A stretch of 64,000 nt of DNA, from NCBI GenBank assembly GCA_963787125.1, contig CAWBBV010000012.1:96001-160000 (forward strand). The letters run 5' to 3'. Under the pieces are notes generated by a model. The model worked only from the letters and a program-made list of their open reading frames with translations. It searched no databases and had not been told where the DNA came from. The first letter of the stretch is position 1; every line of letters begins with the position of its first letter. Positions 54,127 to 63,835 of the stretch are shown here, piece after piece. Made by a program: the position numbers and the translations under genes. This stretch comes from an uncultured delta proteobacterium. Lineage in GTDB: Bacteria > Desulfobacterota > Desulfuromonadia > Geobacterales > DSM-12255.

Positions 54127-54780
54127 ATGGAAGATCTTAAAAATATGGCTGTTTCTGAAACCGGCCAGTCGGTAAAGAAAAAACATATTGCCCGTGAGTA
54201 TGCCGAGTCAATAATTGTTGCAATCATTCTAGCCCTGATTATCAGGACTTTTCTTGTGCAGGCCTTCAAGATTCCTTCAGGTTCCATGGAAGATACCCTT
54301 CTCATCGGTGACCATCTACTGGTAACCAAGTTCCTCTACGGCACAAAAATTCCTTTTACCGACACGAAAATCCTCAAGATACGTGACCCACAGCGGGGTG
54401 ATGTTGTGGTTTTTGAATATCCTGAAGATCCCAGCAAGGATTTTATCAAGCGTGTTGTCGGTATTCCCGGAGACGTTGTCGAGGGTAAAGAAAAGAAAGT
54501 GTTTGTTAACGGTAAGCCCTTTGAAAATCCTCACGAGATCCACAAGGAAAAAGAGCTTATCTCTAAAGCCCAGAACCCGCGTGATTCCTTTGGTCCGGTC
54601 ACAGTACCGGCCGATTCATACTTTGTCATGGGTGATAACCGCGATCGTTCCTACGACAGTCGCTTCTGGGGTTTTGTAAAAAGTCCCAAGATCAAAGGGA
54701 AAGCTTTCATCAAGTACTGGTCGTGGGACAGCGATAAATTCGCTGTTCGTTTCAGAAATATCGGGAGACTCATTAACTAA
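54127..54780 (+). CDS. lepB: Signal peptidase I
   Basis: IPSGSM, FIKRVVG, GDNRDRSYDSRFWG; ATG 54127 after GAGG. Confidence 0.95.
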   Translation: MEDLKNMAVSETGQSVKKKHIAREYAESIIVAIILALIIRTFLVQAFKIPSGSMEDTLLIGDHLLVTKFLYGTKIPFTDTKILKIRDPQRGDVVVFEYPEDPSKDFIKRVVGIPGDVVEGKEKKVFVNGKPFENPHEIHKEKELISKAQNPRDSFGPVTVPADSYFVMGDNRDRSYDSRFWGFVKSPKIKGKAFIKYWSWDSDKFAVRFRNIGRLIN

Positions 54781-54783
54781 TTA

Positions 54784-55680
54784 ATGCACAAGATCCTGTC
54801 TGCTGTTTTTGTCATAACTATAGCCATTCCGGTATCCATTCCAGCTGCTGAATCTTCACTGGCTCTACCTCCTGCCGAACAGCAACTTCTCCTCAAGGAT
54901 ATGCCTGTACAGGTGGATAAACCTCTTTTTGACTGTCTTAAGGCGCTTCCGACCCAGAAGGTATTGACACTGGATGAGCTCCACCTGAAAAGATTCAAGC
55001 GACTGAAAGATGTTGCCAGATCAGTCAGCAGTCAGCGCGATTCCATGCTCGAATTTGATGGTTATGTCAAATGGATGGGCGGGACACTTTCGGGCTACTC
55101 AAAATATGTGGAAGCAGGCTCTTTTGCCGCCGGTTTTGCAAAATTACTGCCTATCCCTTATGCCGGCCAGGCCGGCCAGCTTTCTAAATTTGCTTCCCAC
55201 TTTGCGCTTTCGCTGAGCGGCACTTCTGCAGCCGTCAGGCAGTACCTGGCATCTTCGCAGCAGTTTATTGCCGGTGTCGAGGCCCTTGGTCAGACAGCCA
55301 CGGCAGGAAAGGAGAGTGAGATGGCGTTTCTTACTTTCTATGCTGATCAGCAGCTAACCAAGGATATGTTCGATCTGCAGGTCAGGCTTTCTACAACGTC
55401 TGAACTCTCTGCATCGGCGCTCTCCTTTCTGATAAGTATGCAGCAGTATCTTGGCAGTACCGATGAATATTGGCAGAAGACAAAATCCATGGTTAGCAGA
55501 AAAGACGTCGATAAATCTGAAAAAGGCGCTCTGGCCGGCAGCATCGATGGTCTCAAAGCGCGAGCTGAAGAGTTTAATAAACGTTTGAAAATATATGATG
55601 AAAATGTCAGTAAAACTGTGCCGCAGATTGCAGCTCTGATTGCATATGATGAGCTGCGGCAGGATATTGAAAGTAAGTAG
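54784..55680 (+). CDS. Hypothetical exported helical protein
   Basis: 298 aa ORF with signal-peptide-like N-terminus, tightly packed between lepB and the S1 gene. Confidence 0.7.
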   Translation: MHKILSAVFVITIAIPVSIPAAESSLALPPAEQQLLLKDMPVQVDKPLFDCLKALPTQKVLTLDELHLKRFKRLKDVARSVSSQRDSMLEFDGYVKWMGGTLSGYSKYVEAGSFAAGFAKLLPIPYAGQAGQLSKFASHFALSLSGTSAAVRQYLASSQQFIAGVEALGQTATAGKESEMAFLTFYADQQLTKDMFDLQVRLSTTSELSASALSFLISMQQYLGSTDEYWQKTKSMVSRKDVDKSEKGALAGSIDGLKARAEEFNKRLKIYDENVSKTVPQIAALIAYDELRQDIESK

Positions 55681-55707
55681 TTATTATTATATTTCAGGAG
55701 AGACGAA

Positions 55708-56904
55708 ATGAGTGAACTGCATGATAACGGACTTGAAGAGTCCACAGAAGAGAGTTTCGCAGAGCTTTTTGCTGCCAGCCAGTCTAAAACCGGCAGACTG
55801 AAACCCGGCGAACAGATCAAGGCAAAGGTTCTTCATCTTTCGGGTGAGTGGGTTTTTCTTGATATCGGCCAAAAGGGTGAAGGTGTTCTGGCCGCCGCTG
55901 AATTAAGAGATCCGGAAGGTAAGCTGGTTGTTTCTCCCGGTGACATCATCACTGCCTGGTTTGTCGGTGGTGAACGGGGTGAGATGCGCTTTACCACCAA
56001 GATAGGCGGAGTAGGGGCGGCTGACCGTTCGCTTATTGAAGATGCCTGGAATGCCGGTATCCCTGTCGAAGGTTCCGTGGAGAAAGAGGTAAAAGGCGGT
56101 TTTGAAGTGAAGATCGGCTCTAACCGCGCGTTTGCGCCATTTTCACAGATGTCCCTGAGACGGGTGAGCGATGCTTCAGTTTTTGTCGGCAAGCGCCTCA
56201 AGTTCATGATCACCGAATATGCTGAAGGTGGCCGCAATCTCATCGTTTCTCACCGTGCTATTCTCGAAGAAGAGGCTGCACAGGAGAAAGAGCTTTTAAA
56301 GGGTACCTTGCAGGTCGGCATGATCATGAATGCTACCGTAACCTCTATTCAGAAGTTCGGCGCATTTGTCCGCGCCGGTGGTATTGAAGGGCTTCTGCCC
56401 GTTTCCGAAATCGGCTGGAAAAGAGTCGAAAATGTTGCCGATATTCTTACCGTTGGTGATGAGATTTCGGTAGTCCTTAAGTTCATTGACTGGGAGAACG
56501 ATAAATTTTCCTTCAGCCTCAAGGACACCTTGGCCAATCCCTGGGATGCAATGCTGGACAACTTTCCGGTCGGCTCTTCTCACACAGGCACAGTCTCCCG
56601 GCTTGCCCAGTTCGGCGCCTTTGTAACCCTCGGCGACGGCATTGACGGCCTTTTGCATATCTCTAAAATCGGCAAAGGGAAGCGCATCGCTCATCCGCGC
56701 GAGGTCCTCAAAGAAGGAGAAGTTGTAGAGGTCCTGATAGAAGGCGTTGACAGAGACACCAAGCGGATCTCTCTTGCGCTTGCCGAGACGGTGCGTGCCG
56801 CGGCTGAAGCTGAAAATGATCTGAGCGCTTTCCGTCAGCAGACAGCAGATGCTCCTGCAGGGATGGGGACGTTTGCCGACCTGTTGAAAGCCAAGTTTAA
56901 ATAG
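55708..56904 (+). CDS. Ribosomal protein S1-like protein (four S1 repeats; probable paralogue)
   Basis: SFAELF, FGAFV..GIEGLL, FGAFV..GIDGLLHIS; 398 aa. Confidence 0.85.
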   Translation: MSELHDNGLEESTEESFAELFAASQSKTGRLKPGEQIKAKVLHLSGEWVFLDIGQKGEGVLAAAELRDPEGKLVVSPGDIITAWFVGGERGEMRFTTKIGGVGAADRSLIEDAWNAGIPVEGSVEKEVKGGFEVKIGSNRAFAPFSQMSLRRVSDASVFVGKRLKFMITEYAEGGRNLIVSHRAILEEEAAQEKELLKGTLQVGMIMNATVTSIQKFGAFVRAGGIEGLLPVSEIGWKRVENVADILTVGDEISVVLKFIDWENDKFSFSLKDTLANPWDAMLDNFPVGSSHTGTVSRLAQFGAFVTLGDGIDGLLHISKIGKGKRIAHPREVLKEGEVVEVLIEGVDRDTKRISLALAETVRAAAEAENDLSAFRQQTADAPAGMGTFADLLKAKFK

Positions 56905-56928
56905 ACATAAAAACGGAAAATCTTTCAA

Positions 56929-56966
56929 AAAAAGGGTCTCATGCTTCACCGCATGAGACCCTTTTT
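56929..56966 (+). terminator. Rho-independent terminator
   Basis: AAAAAGGGTCTCATGC-TTCACC-GCATGAGACCCTTTTT. Confidence 0.92.
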
Positions 56967-57043
56967 CCTTTAGTGCATGACTTTATCCTTTTACTTCTTC
57001 ATGATAGATTATTGATTTTCAGTGTGACATTAAAGATGAATAG

Positions 57044-57072
57044 TTGACATGGCGAAGGAGTGACACTAGACT
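57044..57072 (+). promoter_or_regulatory. Sigma70 promoter upstream of MCP
   Basis: TTGACA-17 bp-TAGACT. Confidence 0.7.
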
Positions 57073-57129
57073 AGCGCGGTTGCATCCGTCTAAGGCAAGT
57101 TATCCCCTTTCATCTCCAAGGACAAGCGT

Positions 57130-59115
57130 ATGACAGGCACAAAAATGCAGAGGAAAATTAAATATGCGATCCTGGGGATTATTCTGGGAATCGGCGCACC
57201 GGTAACCTGGATGTCTATCAAGATTATCTTTTTTACTGGGGCTGAGCAGACATTTTTAAATCATTTGACCCTTGAGCTGACCTCCTCTGCGGTGAATATC
57301 TCCCTTTATCTTTTTATGGGGTTTGGAACTTCACTTGTTATGGGTGGACTTGGGTACTTTATCGGCAAGTCGGCTGACGAACTGAGTGAGCGAGCTGTTG
57401 AACTGAATCTTCTCCATCAGGAAGTCAATGCCCAGAAAGAGCTTTTTGAGAATCGTTACAAGATTCTGGACAATAATATCAAAAACTTTCACCAGATAAG
57501 CAGTCGGATTCAGAAGTCTATGGATGTGCCCGAGGTATTAACTCTTTGTGCGGAAGGCCTGCATGAAATACTGGGCTATGAGAGGGTAAACATCCTTACC
57601 GTTGATGAAGCCAGAGAGAACCTGCGTTTCATTATCTCAACAGGAGCTGAAGAGGACGTCAAAGGCCACAGGATCCCACTGGACGGACGCAGCGGAGTTA
57701 TTTTCAAATGTTTTGCCGAAAAGAAACTGTATCTGGTTGACGATATCTCCAGGTACCCGGATGATTTCCATCTTAAAGCGCCGTGTAATTCGATAAAGGC
57801 CCTCAGGTCCAACAATTTCATCCTTTGTCCCTTAGTGGTTAAGGGCGAGGCCGTCGGTGTTTTCGGTATCGATAACAAATACAGTAAAAGAGCTCTGAAC
57901 GATACTGATGTTGATACCGCAAAACTTTTTGTGGATCAGGCGGCGTCAGCCATAACAAAAATCAATCTCCTTAAAGCCATCGATACCCTTACCACCGAAC
58001 TGGAAAGATCTTTTTCCGAGATTCTTAATCGCAGGGATGACTATTCCGTTAATATCAAAACCCTCGAAGGGTCTGTGCTTGCCATGTCATCGACCACAAA
58101 AGACATTGCCTCTGCAGCTGAGGCGGTGCTGCGTTCTGTCGATGAAACCAGTAAAGCTGCCGGTGATATTTCGGTAGCGATTGAAAATGCTACGACCAGT
58201 CTTGATTCGCTCACAGAGTCCACCTACAAATCCGCGTCGGCAATGGAGCAGATCAGCGCCTCCCTGAAAAATGTCGAGCAGAGTGCAGCACTTTCGCACA
58301 AAGTTTCCATGCAGGTTAAATCCCACGCCGATGAAGGTCGTCTGGTTTTAAGTGAAACGGCCGATGCGCTGGCAGAAATACAGCGAGCAGTTGATTTCTC
58401 CTACAAAGGAATAATGCGACTGTCGGAAAACAGCACGCGTATTGACAGCATCGTCAATGTCATTAACGACATTACCAAGCGAACCAACTTGCTGGCGCTA
58501 AACGCCTCAATCATTGCTGCGCAGGCTGGTGAATACGGTAAAAGCTTCGGCGTTGTTGCTGATGAAATAAGAAATCTATCTCTCCAGACGGGACAGTCTA
58601 CCGGAGAGATCACGTCAATCATTGAAGAGATCCTCCGTGAGTCAAGGGCGGCCGCAGATAATATTTCCCAGACAAAGCATCTGGTCCAAAAAGGTGTTCT
58701 TCTGGGGCACAACACCGGTAACTCTTTGAATACAATTATCATTAGTGCCAACAAGTCCATGGAGATGACGGAAGAGATCAAGCTGGCAACCAGAGAGCAG
58801 ACCTATGGCGTCGATATGGTGACACGATCTATCGAAGAGGTAAGTTCGATGACTTCAAGGATTTTCAGTGTCTCCAAAGAGCAGGCTGATGCCACTCGCA
58901 GCATTGTTCATGCAATCGGCACGATCCGGCGGATGGCAGAGGAGATGGTCGGTACCACTGCAGAGCAGGTTCGTGGCAGCAGAGAGACCCGCAATGCAGT
59001 TAATAGTGTTGCCAAGATGGCCCACGATATTTTCACCGATCTGGAGATCCGGAAACTGGAAAGCGCTTCTGTTGTCAGTGAATTGGAAGTCATGAAAAGT
59101 GGTTCAAAGTGTTAA
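57130..59115 (+). CDS. Methyl-accepting chemotaxis protein with cytoplasmic GAF domain
   Basis: Two TMs, GAF (CPLVVKGEAVGV), TNLLALNASIIAAQAGEYGKSFGVVADEIR. Confidence 0.92.
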   Translation: MTGTKMQRKIKYAILGIILGIGAPVTWMSIKIIFFTGAEQTFLNHLTLELTSSAVNISLYLFMGFGTSLVMGGLGYFIGKSADELSERAVELNLLHQEVNAQKELFENRYKILDNNIKNFHQISSRIQKSMDVPEVLTLCAEGLHEILGYERVNILTVDEARENLRFIISTGAEEDVKGHRIPLDGRSGVIFKCFAEKKLYLVDDISRYPDDFHLKAPCNSIKALRSNNFILCPLVVKGEAVGVFGIDNKYSKRALNDTDVDTAKLFVDQAASAITKINLLKAIDTLTTELERSFSEILNRRDDYSVNIKTLEGSVLAMSSTTKDIASAAEAVLRSVDETSKAAGDISVAIENATTSLDSLTESTYKSASAMEQISASLKNVEQSAALSHKVSMQVKSHADEGRLVLSETADALAEIQRAVDFSYKGIMRLSENSTRIDSIVNVINDITKRTNLLALNASIIAAQAGEYGKSFGVVADEIRNLSLQTGQSTGEITSIIEEILRESRAAADNISQTKHLVQKGVLLGHNTGNSLNTIIISANKSMEMTEEIKLATREQTYGVDMVTRSIEEVSSMTSRIFSVSKEQADATRSIVHAIGTIRRMAEEMVGTTAEQVRGSRETRNAVNSVAKMAHDIFTDLEIRKLESASVVSELEVMKSGSKC

Positions 59116-59161
59116 TGGCAGGACAATATCTTTTTTGAGCAGGGCTAAAGGGGAACAGCCA

Positions 59162-59965
59162 TTGACCCGGAAAAAAACAATTCTTGATATTCAGAAGATG
59201 AAGAGCGATGGCGAGAAGATCACCATGCTCACCTGTTACGATTACCCAACCGCGCGGATCATGGACGCTTGCGGCATTGACGTCATTTTAGTCGGTGATT
59301 CCGTCGGGGTTGTCTTTTCCGGTTACGAAAGCACCCTCCCGGTGACTATGGAAGATATGCTCTATCACACCCGTGCCGTTGTCCGCGCCAACCCGAAAGC
59401 GCTGGTTGTTGCCGACATGCCGTTCATGTCCTATCAGATCAGCATTGCCGACGCCAGGCTCAATGCCGGGCGGATGATCAAGGATGGCGGTGCCGCCGCA
59501 GTCAAGCTGGAGGGGGGGGTAAACATCGCTGCAACGATTAAGTCTCTGGTGGATATTGATATCCCCGTTGTTGCCCATATCGGACTGACCCCACAGTCAA
59601 TCCACCGCATGGGGGGCTACAAGGTGCAGGGGAAAAAACAGGAGCAGGCTGATAAGTTGCTGGAGGACGCCCTGGCTGTTGCCGAGGCCGGAGCATTTGC
59701 AGTCGTGCTCGAAGGGATACCCCAGTCTCTTGCAAAGAGAATCACTGAAAGTATCGCCATTCCAACCATCGGTATTGGCGCCGGTGCCGGCTGCGACGGT
59801 CAGGTGCTGGTGATTCATGACATTCTCGGTTTGTGCGAGAAGTATTCGCCAAAGTTTGTCAAAAGATATGCCGACGCCAAAGGGCTCATTACTGACGCTG
59901 TCAGCGCCTATATCCAGGATGTAAAGACAGGCAATTTCCCCCTTGAAGAGCACAGCTTCAACTAA
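59162..59965 (+). CDS. panB: 3-methyl-2-oxobutanoate hydroxymethyltransferase
   Basis: MLTCYD, LVGDS, DMPFMSY, KLEGG, HIGLTPQ, GIGAG; start uncertain. Confidence 0.96.
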   Translation: MTRKKTILDIQKMKSDGEKITMLTCYDYPTARIMDACGIDVILVGDSVGVVFSGYESTLPVTMEDMLYHTRAVVRANPKALVVADMPFMSYQISIADARLNAGRMIKDGGAAAVKLEGGVNIAATIKSLVDIDIPVVAHIGLTPQSIHRMGGYKVQGKKQEQADKLLEDALAVAEAGAFAVVLEGIPQSLAKRITESIAIPTIGIGAGAGCDGQVLVIHDILGLCEKYSPKFVKRYADAKGLITDAVSAYIQDVKTGNFPLEEHSFN

Positions 59966-59997
59966 TAATATCTTAAAGTGTTGAATCAGGAAACAGC

Positions 59998-60846
59998 ATG
60001 AGACTTATTGAATCTGTTGATGAAATGCAGACAATAGCACTTCTTGGACGTAGCGAAGGGCAGCGGATTGGACTCGTCCCTACCATGGGGTACCTCCATA
60101 AAGGTCACGCCTCCTTGATGACTGCGGGCCGGAAGCAGAGCGACCTCCTGGTCGCGTCCATCTTTGTGAATCCAACCCAGTTTGGCGTTGGTGAGGATTT
60201 TGAAAAATACCCGCGTAACCTTGAGGGTGATATGACAATGGCGCAAGAGGCTGGCGTCGATATCGTTTTCGCCCCTACTGCCGCCGGGATGTACCCTGCC
60301 GGTTATCAGACTTATGTAAACGTCGAGCAGATATCGCTTCCTCTCTGCGGCGGCAGCAGGCCGGGGCATTTCAGGGGGGTGACTACCGTTGTCACCAAGC
60401 TCTTCGCCATTACTCAGCCTCATCTGGCGCTGTTCGGCACCAAGGATTACCAGCAGCTTGCCGTAATCAGGCAGATGACTGCCGACTTGAACTTCCCGGT
60501 AGTGATCATCGGCATGCCCATTGTCCGCGAACCAGATGGTCTTGCCATGAGCTCCAGAAACGCCTATCTTTCCCCCCAGGAGCGGCAGGACGCATTATGC
60601 CTGCAGGCCGCCATCACTCAAGTCAAAAACTGTTTCAATGGCGGTGAGACGTCCGCCACTGAGCTGAAAAAAGTTGCAGTCCAGACGATTTCCAGGGTGG
60701 CAGCGGCGGTACCTGATTATATTGAACTCTGTGACAGCCGCTCCCTGGAGGCGGTTAGCCGCGTTGACAGCAGCTGTCTGCTGGCGCTGGCAGTCAAAAT
60801 AGGTAAAACAAGACTGATAGACAACGCCATTCTGGGAGAAGGATAA
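59998..60846 (+). CDS. panC: Pantoate--beta-alanine ligase
   Basis: [40 protein letters not shown]. Confidence 0.97.
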   Translation: MRLIESVDEMQTIALLGRSEGQRIGLVPTMGYLHKGHASLMTAGRKQSDLLVASIFVNPTQFGVGEDFEKYPRNLEGDMTMAQEAGVDIVFAPTAAGMYPAGYQTYVNVEQISLPLCGGSRPGHFRGVTTVVTKLFAITQPHLALFGTKDYQQLAVIRQMTADLNFPVVIIGMPIVREPDGLAMSSRNAYLSPQERQDALCLQAAITQVKNCFNGGETSATELKKVAVQTISRVAAAVPDYIELCDSRSLEAVSRVDSSCLLALAVKIGKTRLIDNAILGEG

Positions 60847-60855
60847 CCGCTCTAA

Positions 60856-62097
60856 ATGCAGATTTACGCGGCCTCATATCTGTTGCCAATAAGCGGCTCC
60901 CCAGTAGAAGGGGGAGCCGTTGCTGTTGAAAACGGCCTGATCAAGGCTGTCGGCAGGCTTGCTGACCTGCGCAGCCGCTTCGCTGCTGCCGCTGTCCACG
61001 AATTCCCCGGCGCGGTTCTCATGCCCGGCCTTGTCAACGCCCACACTCATCTGGAACTGACCCATTTCCCGGCCTGGCTCGCTAAAAGCGCGCATGGCAG
61101 TGACGCCTGCTCCTATGTTGACTGGATTATCAGGGTAATCAAGGTGAAGAGCGGCCTGACTTTGGACGAACTGGTCGCGTCGCTCCTGGCAGGCCTGAAG
61201 ATCTCCCTGCAAAGCGGCACGACCATGGTCGGCGATATTCTCTCTGAGCGCCGTCTTATCCCCCTATATAAAAAATCGCTCCTGTCAGGCAGGCTCTATT
61301 TAGAGTTCATCGGCCAGGATCCGGCACGCTACAGTGAGCGGCTGCTCTCCATTCATGAGGATCTCCGCTCCCTGCCTGACAATTTCCTCCCCGGGCTTTC
61401 GCCCCATGCGCCATTTACCGTGTCAGCGCCGCTGCTGCACGCTCTGCTTGATGTAGCGAGCGATACACATTTTCCGCTGACCATGCACCTGGCCGAATCT
61501 GCGGAGGAGAGCGCATTTTTTTTCAACTCAAGCGGCAGAATAGCAACAGAGCTTTATCCGTTTGTCGGCTGGGACCGCTATCTTCCCGAACCGCTGGGGA
61601 TTTCACCGACAGAATGGCTGGACTCTGAGAGGGCGCTCAGCCCGGATCTGCTGGCAGTTCACGCAGTCCATCTCAATCAGGCTGATATTGATGTAGTTAA
61701 AGGTACAGGCACATCTGTAGTCCTGGTTCCCCGGAGCAACTATAATCTCGGCGTCGGCAAGGCTCCCGTGCAGCTGCTTCTTGAGGCAGGCGTGCCGCTT
61801 GCCCTCGGCACAGATTCCCTGGCAAGCAGTGACTCCCTCTCTTTGTGGGATGAAATGCGTTTCCTCCTCGATGAATTTCCGGGGGTATTTACAGCAAAGG
61901 ACGCTCTCAGGCTGGCAACTATTGGCGGCGCACAAGCGCTCAAGCGCGACAGCGAAGCAGGAACACTGGAACCGGGCAAGCGGGCCGACTTTATCGTCGT
62001 CCAGACCGGCAGCAGCCCGGATAAACAACGGCTTTACCAACAACTGCTTGAGGGTGCGAAGATTCTGGCTGTCTGGTCCGGCGGTAAAAGGACTTAA
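60856..62097 (+). CDS. Metal-dependent amidohydrolase (MtaD/aminodeoxyfutalosine deaminase-like)
   Basis: PGLVNAHTH, PHAPF, HLAES, LGTDS, GKRAD. Confidence 0.85.
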   Translation: MQIYAASYLLPISGSPVEGGAVAVENGLIKAVGRLADLRSRFAAAAVHEFPGAVLMPGLVNAHTHLELTHFPAWLAKSAHGSDACSYVDWIIRVIKVKSGLTLDELVASLLAGLKISLQSGTTMVGDILSERRLIPLYKKSLLSGRLYLEFIGQDPARYSERLLSIHEDLRSLPDNFLPGLSPHAPFTVSAPLLHALLDVASDTHFPLTMHLAESAEESAFFFNSSGRIATELYPFVGWDRYLPEPLGISPTEWLDSERALSPDLLAVHAVHLNQADIDVVKGTGTSVVLVPRSNYNLGVGKAPVQLLLEAGVPLALGTDSLASSDSLSLWDEMRFLLDEFPGVFTAKDALRLATIGGAQALKRDSEAGTLEPGKRADFIVVQTGSSPDKQRLYQQLLEGAKILAVWSGGKRT

Positions 62098-62110
62098 GCT
62101 CCTGAGTAAG

Positions 62111-62163
62111 TTCCCTTCGACTCCGCTCAGGGAACGGGCGTGCGCTGAGCGGAATCGAAGCGC
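62111..62163. repeat. REP-like imperfect palindrome
   Basis: CTTCGACTCCGCTCAG...CTGAGCGGAATCGAAG stem directly after amidohydrolase stop. Confidence 0.7.
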
Positions 62164-62187
62164 TAATTACTATTCTGCTGTAAATCA

Positions 62188-63028
62188 TTGGAGCGTGTGA
62201 CGTTGGAGCAACTGGGACTATTTGATATTCCGCTACAAAAGGAGCTTATCGTGGAGAGTGTTCGTTCACCCTATGACAAGGGAAAACTGTATCAGCTTGA
62301 GCTTAACCGTCTGCTCCCGGATCCTGAGCAGCCGCGCAAATTCTTTGATGAGCAGGCGCTGGCGGAGTTGCAGTCTTCCATTGTCTCCCATGGCGTGCTG
62401 CCAGCCGATACTGGTGCGCGTGGGGGGTGACGGGGAGCTCCTCATCGTCTCCGGAGAGCGCCGTTACCAGGCCTCGCTGCGCGCCGGCCTCGCAACTATT
62501 CCGGCCATTCTCACCGACGGCGAACCGTCCGAAATCGCCATCATAGAAAATCTTGTCCGGGAAAACCTCACCGCCATAGAAGAGGCCGAGGCGATTGAGC
62601 GGCTGCGGGCGGTGCACGACTACGGCTTTACTGAATTGGCCACAGTCCTCGGCAAGGCAGAATCGACCCTCTCGGAGATTCTTTCCCTGAATCGCCTGCC
62701 GGCAGCAGTAAAAGATGATTGTCGCAACGACCCCAAGGCGGCCCGGGGGATACTGACCGTTATTGCCCGGCAAAAGTCGCCGGAAAAGATGGCGACCATG
62801 TATCAGAAGTACAAGGCCAACGGGCTTACGCGTGGCGAGATTATCAAGCAGAGCGCTCCGAAAACGGTCAAGCAGGCGTTCAAGGCAAAGGAGATAGCGG
62901 CCTTTTGCGAAAGACTCGACCTGATGATTATTGAAGCGCTGTCTACAGAAGATAAGGCGGACTTCACCGCCGAGCTGAACAAGCTGCGTGGTGTAGCCTA
63001 TCAGAAGCTGAAGCTGCTCAAAGGGTAG
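62188..63028 (+). pseudogene. ParB/Spo0J-family protein, one extra base near 62401 (pseudogene or sequencing error); start uncertain
   Basis: PDPEQPRKFFD...GVL in one frame, then QPILV...SGERRYQA...IIENLVRENL...HTH in the +1 frame. Confidence 0.85.
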
Positions 63029-63097
63029 GGCGGGTGGCCGGAAGATGGCGCTGGTTTGAAAAATCCGGGCATACAGTTGTATGATATCCGGCGGTTA

Positions 63098-63123
63098 CCC
63101 GACTTCGGCATGCCGAAGTCGGG
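63098..63123. promoter_or_regulatory. Perfect 26-bp palindrome, candidate parS-like ParB site
   Basis: CCCGACTTCGGCA|TGCCGAAGTCGGG, zero-length loop, 70 bp after the parB stop. Confidence 0.55.
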
Positions 63124-63315
63124 AGTTTGTGGTAGACTCAATTTTATCAGTCTCTGAATAGTGACTTGTGCGTCGGAAGTTTACGCAGCAGCTCGATGTA
63201 TACGCAAAACTTATATAAGGAGCTCATTCCCTACTCAAGGATTCGGTTACTTATATTGGATACCTTTTGTAACTGATCAATAGGAATGCTATTTTCCAAA
63301 AGCAAGGTGTTTTAA

Positions 63316-63835
63316 GTGACAGAATTACCAGAAGATCTTGAACATTTAATTTACGAGGCGCTTGTCCAAGTCGGTTGGGATGCAAACGCAAATATAATAG
63401 CCGCCCGAATCCGTCGCTTCAATATCGGATTACCGAGAGAGGACGAGTTTTCAGTTATCTGCGGTTGGCTAGGATATTGCGAAATCATACACAAATTAGA
63501 CCAGCAAACCTCTAGCCATTCACGCAATTCTTATCAAGTACCTGATCTTCTGGCGATCTTCCGCAGCAAGTCTCGACCAATTCCGGTACTAATTGAGGTG
63601 AAGTCAAAGCATGACAAAGTCCTCTCGTTCCAACCTGACTACCACTCAAGACTTGTGAGATATGCAGAGTCGGTCCGACTTCCGTTACTCATTGCTTGAA
63701 AATTCCGTTCGCTTTGGATGTTATTTGACGTCTGTCATATGAAAAAGGCTAAAAGCAATTTCAAGATCCGTTTTGACACGGCGCTGAAGGAAAATCTACT
63801 GGGCGTCCTGGCAGGTGACTTTTCATACTCCCTCT
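63316..63835 (+). pseudogene. PD-(D/E)xK nuclease (restriction-endonuclease-like), in-frame TGA and IS truncation
   Basis: VPDLL...LIEVKSK motif; TGA at 63697-63699 followed by open frame KFRSLWMLFD...GDFSY until the IS end at 63836. Confidence 0.7.

Noticed and set aside
63697..63699. In-frame TGA as possible selenocysteine
   Set aside because: Context fits Trp rather than Cys, no convincing SECIS was seen, and the gene is IS-truncated.
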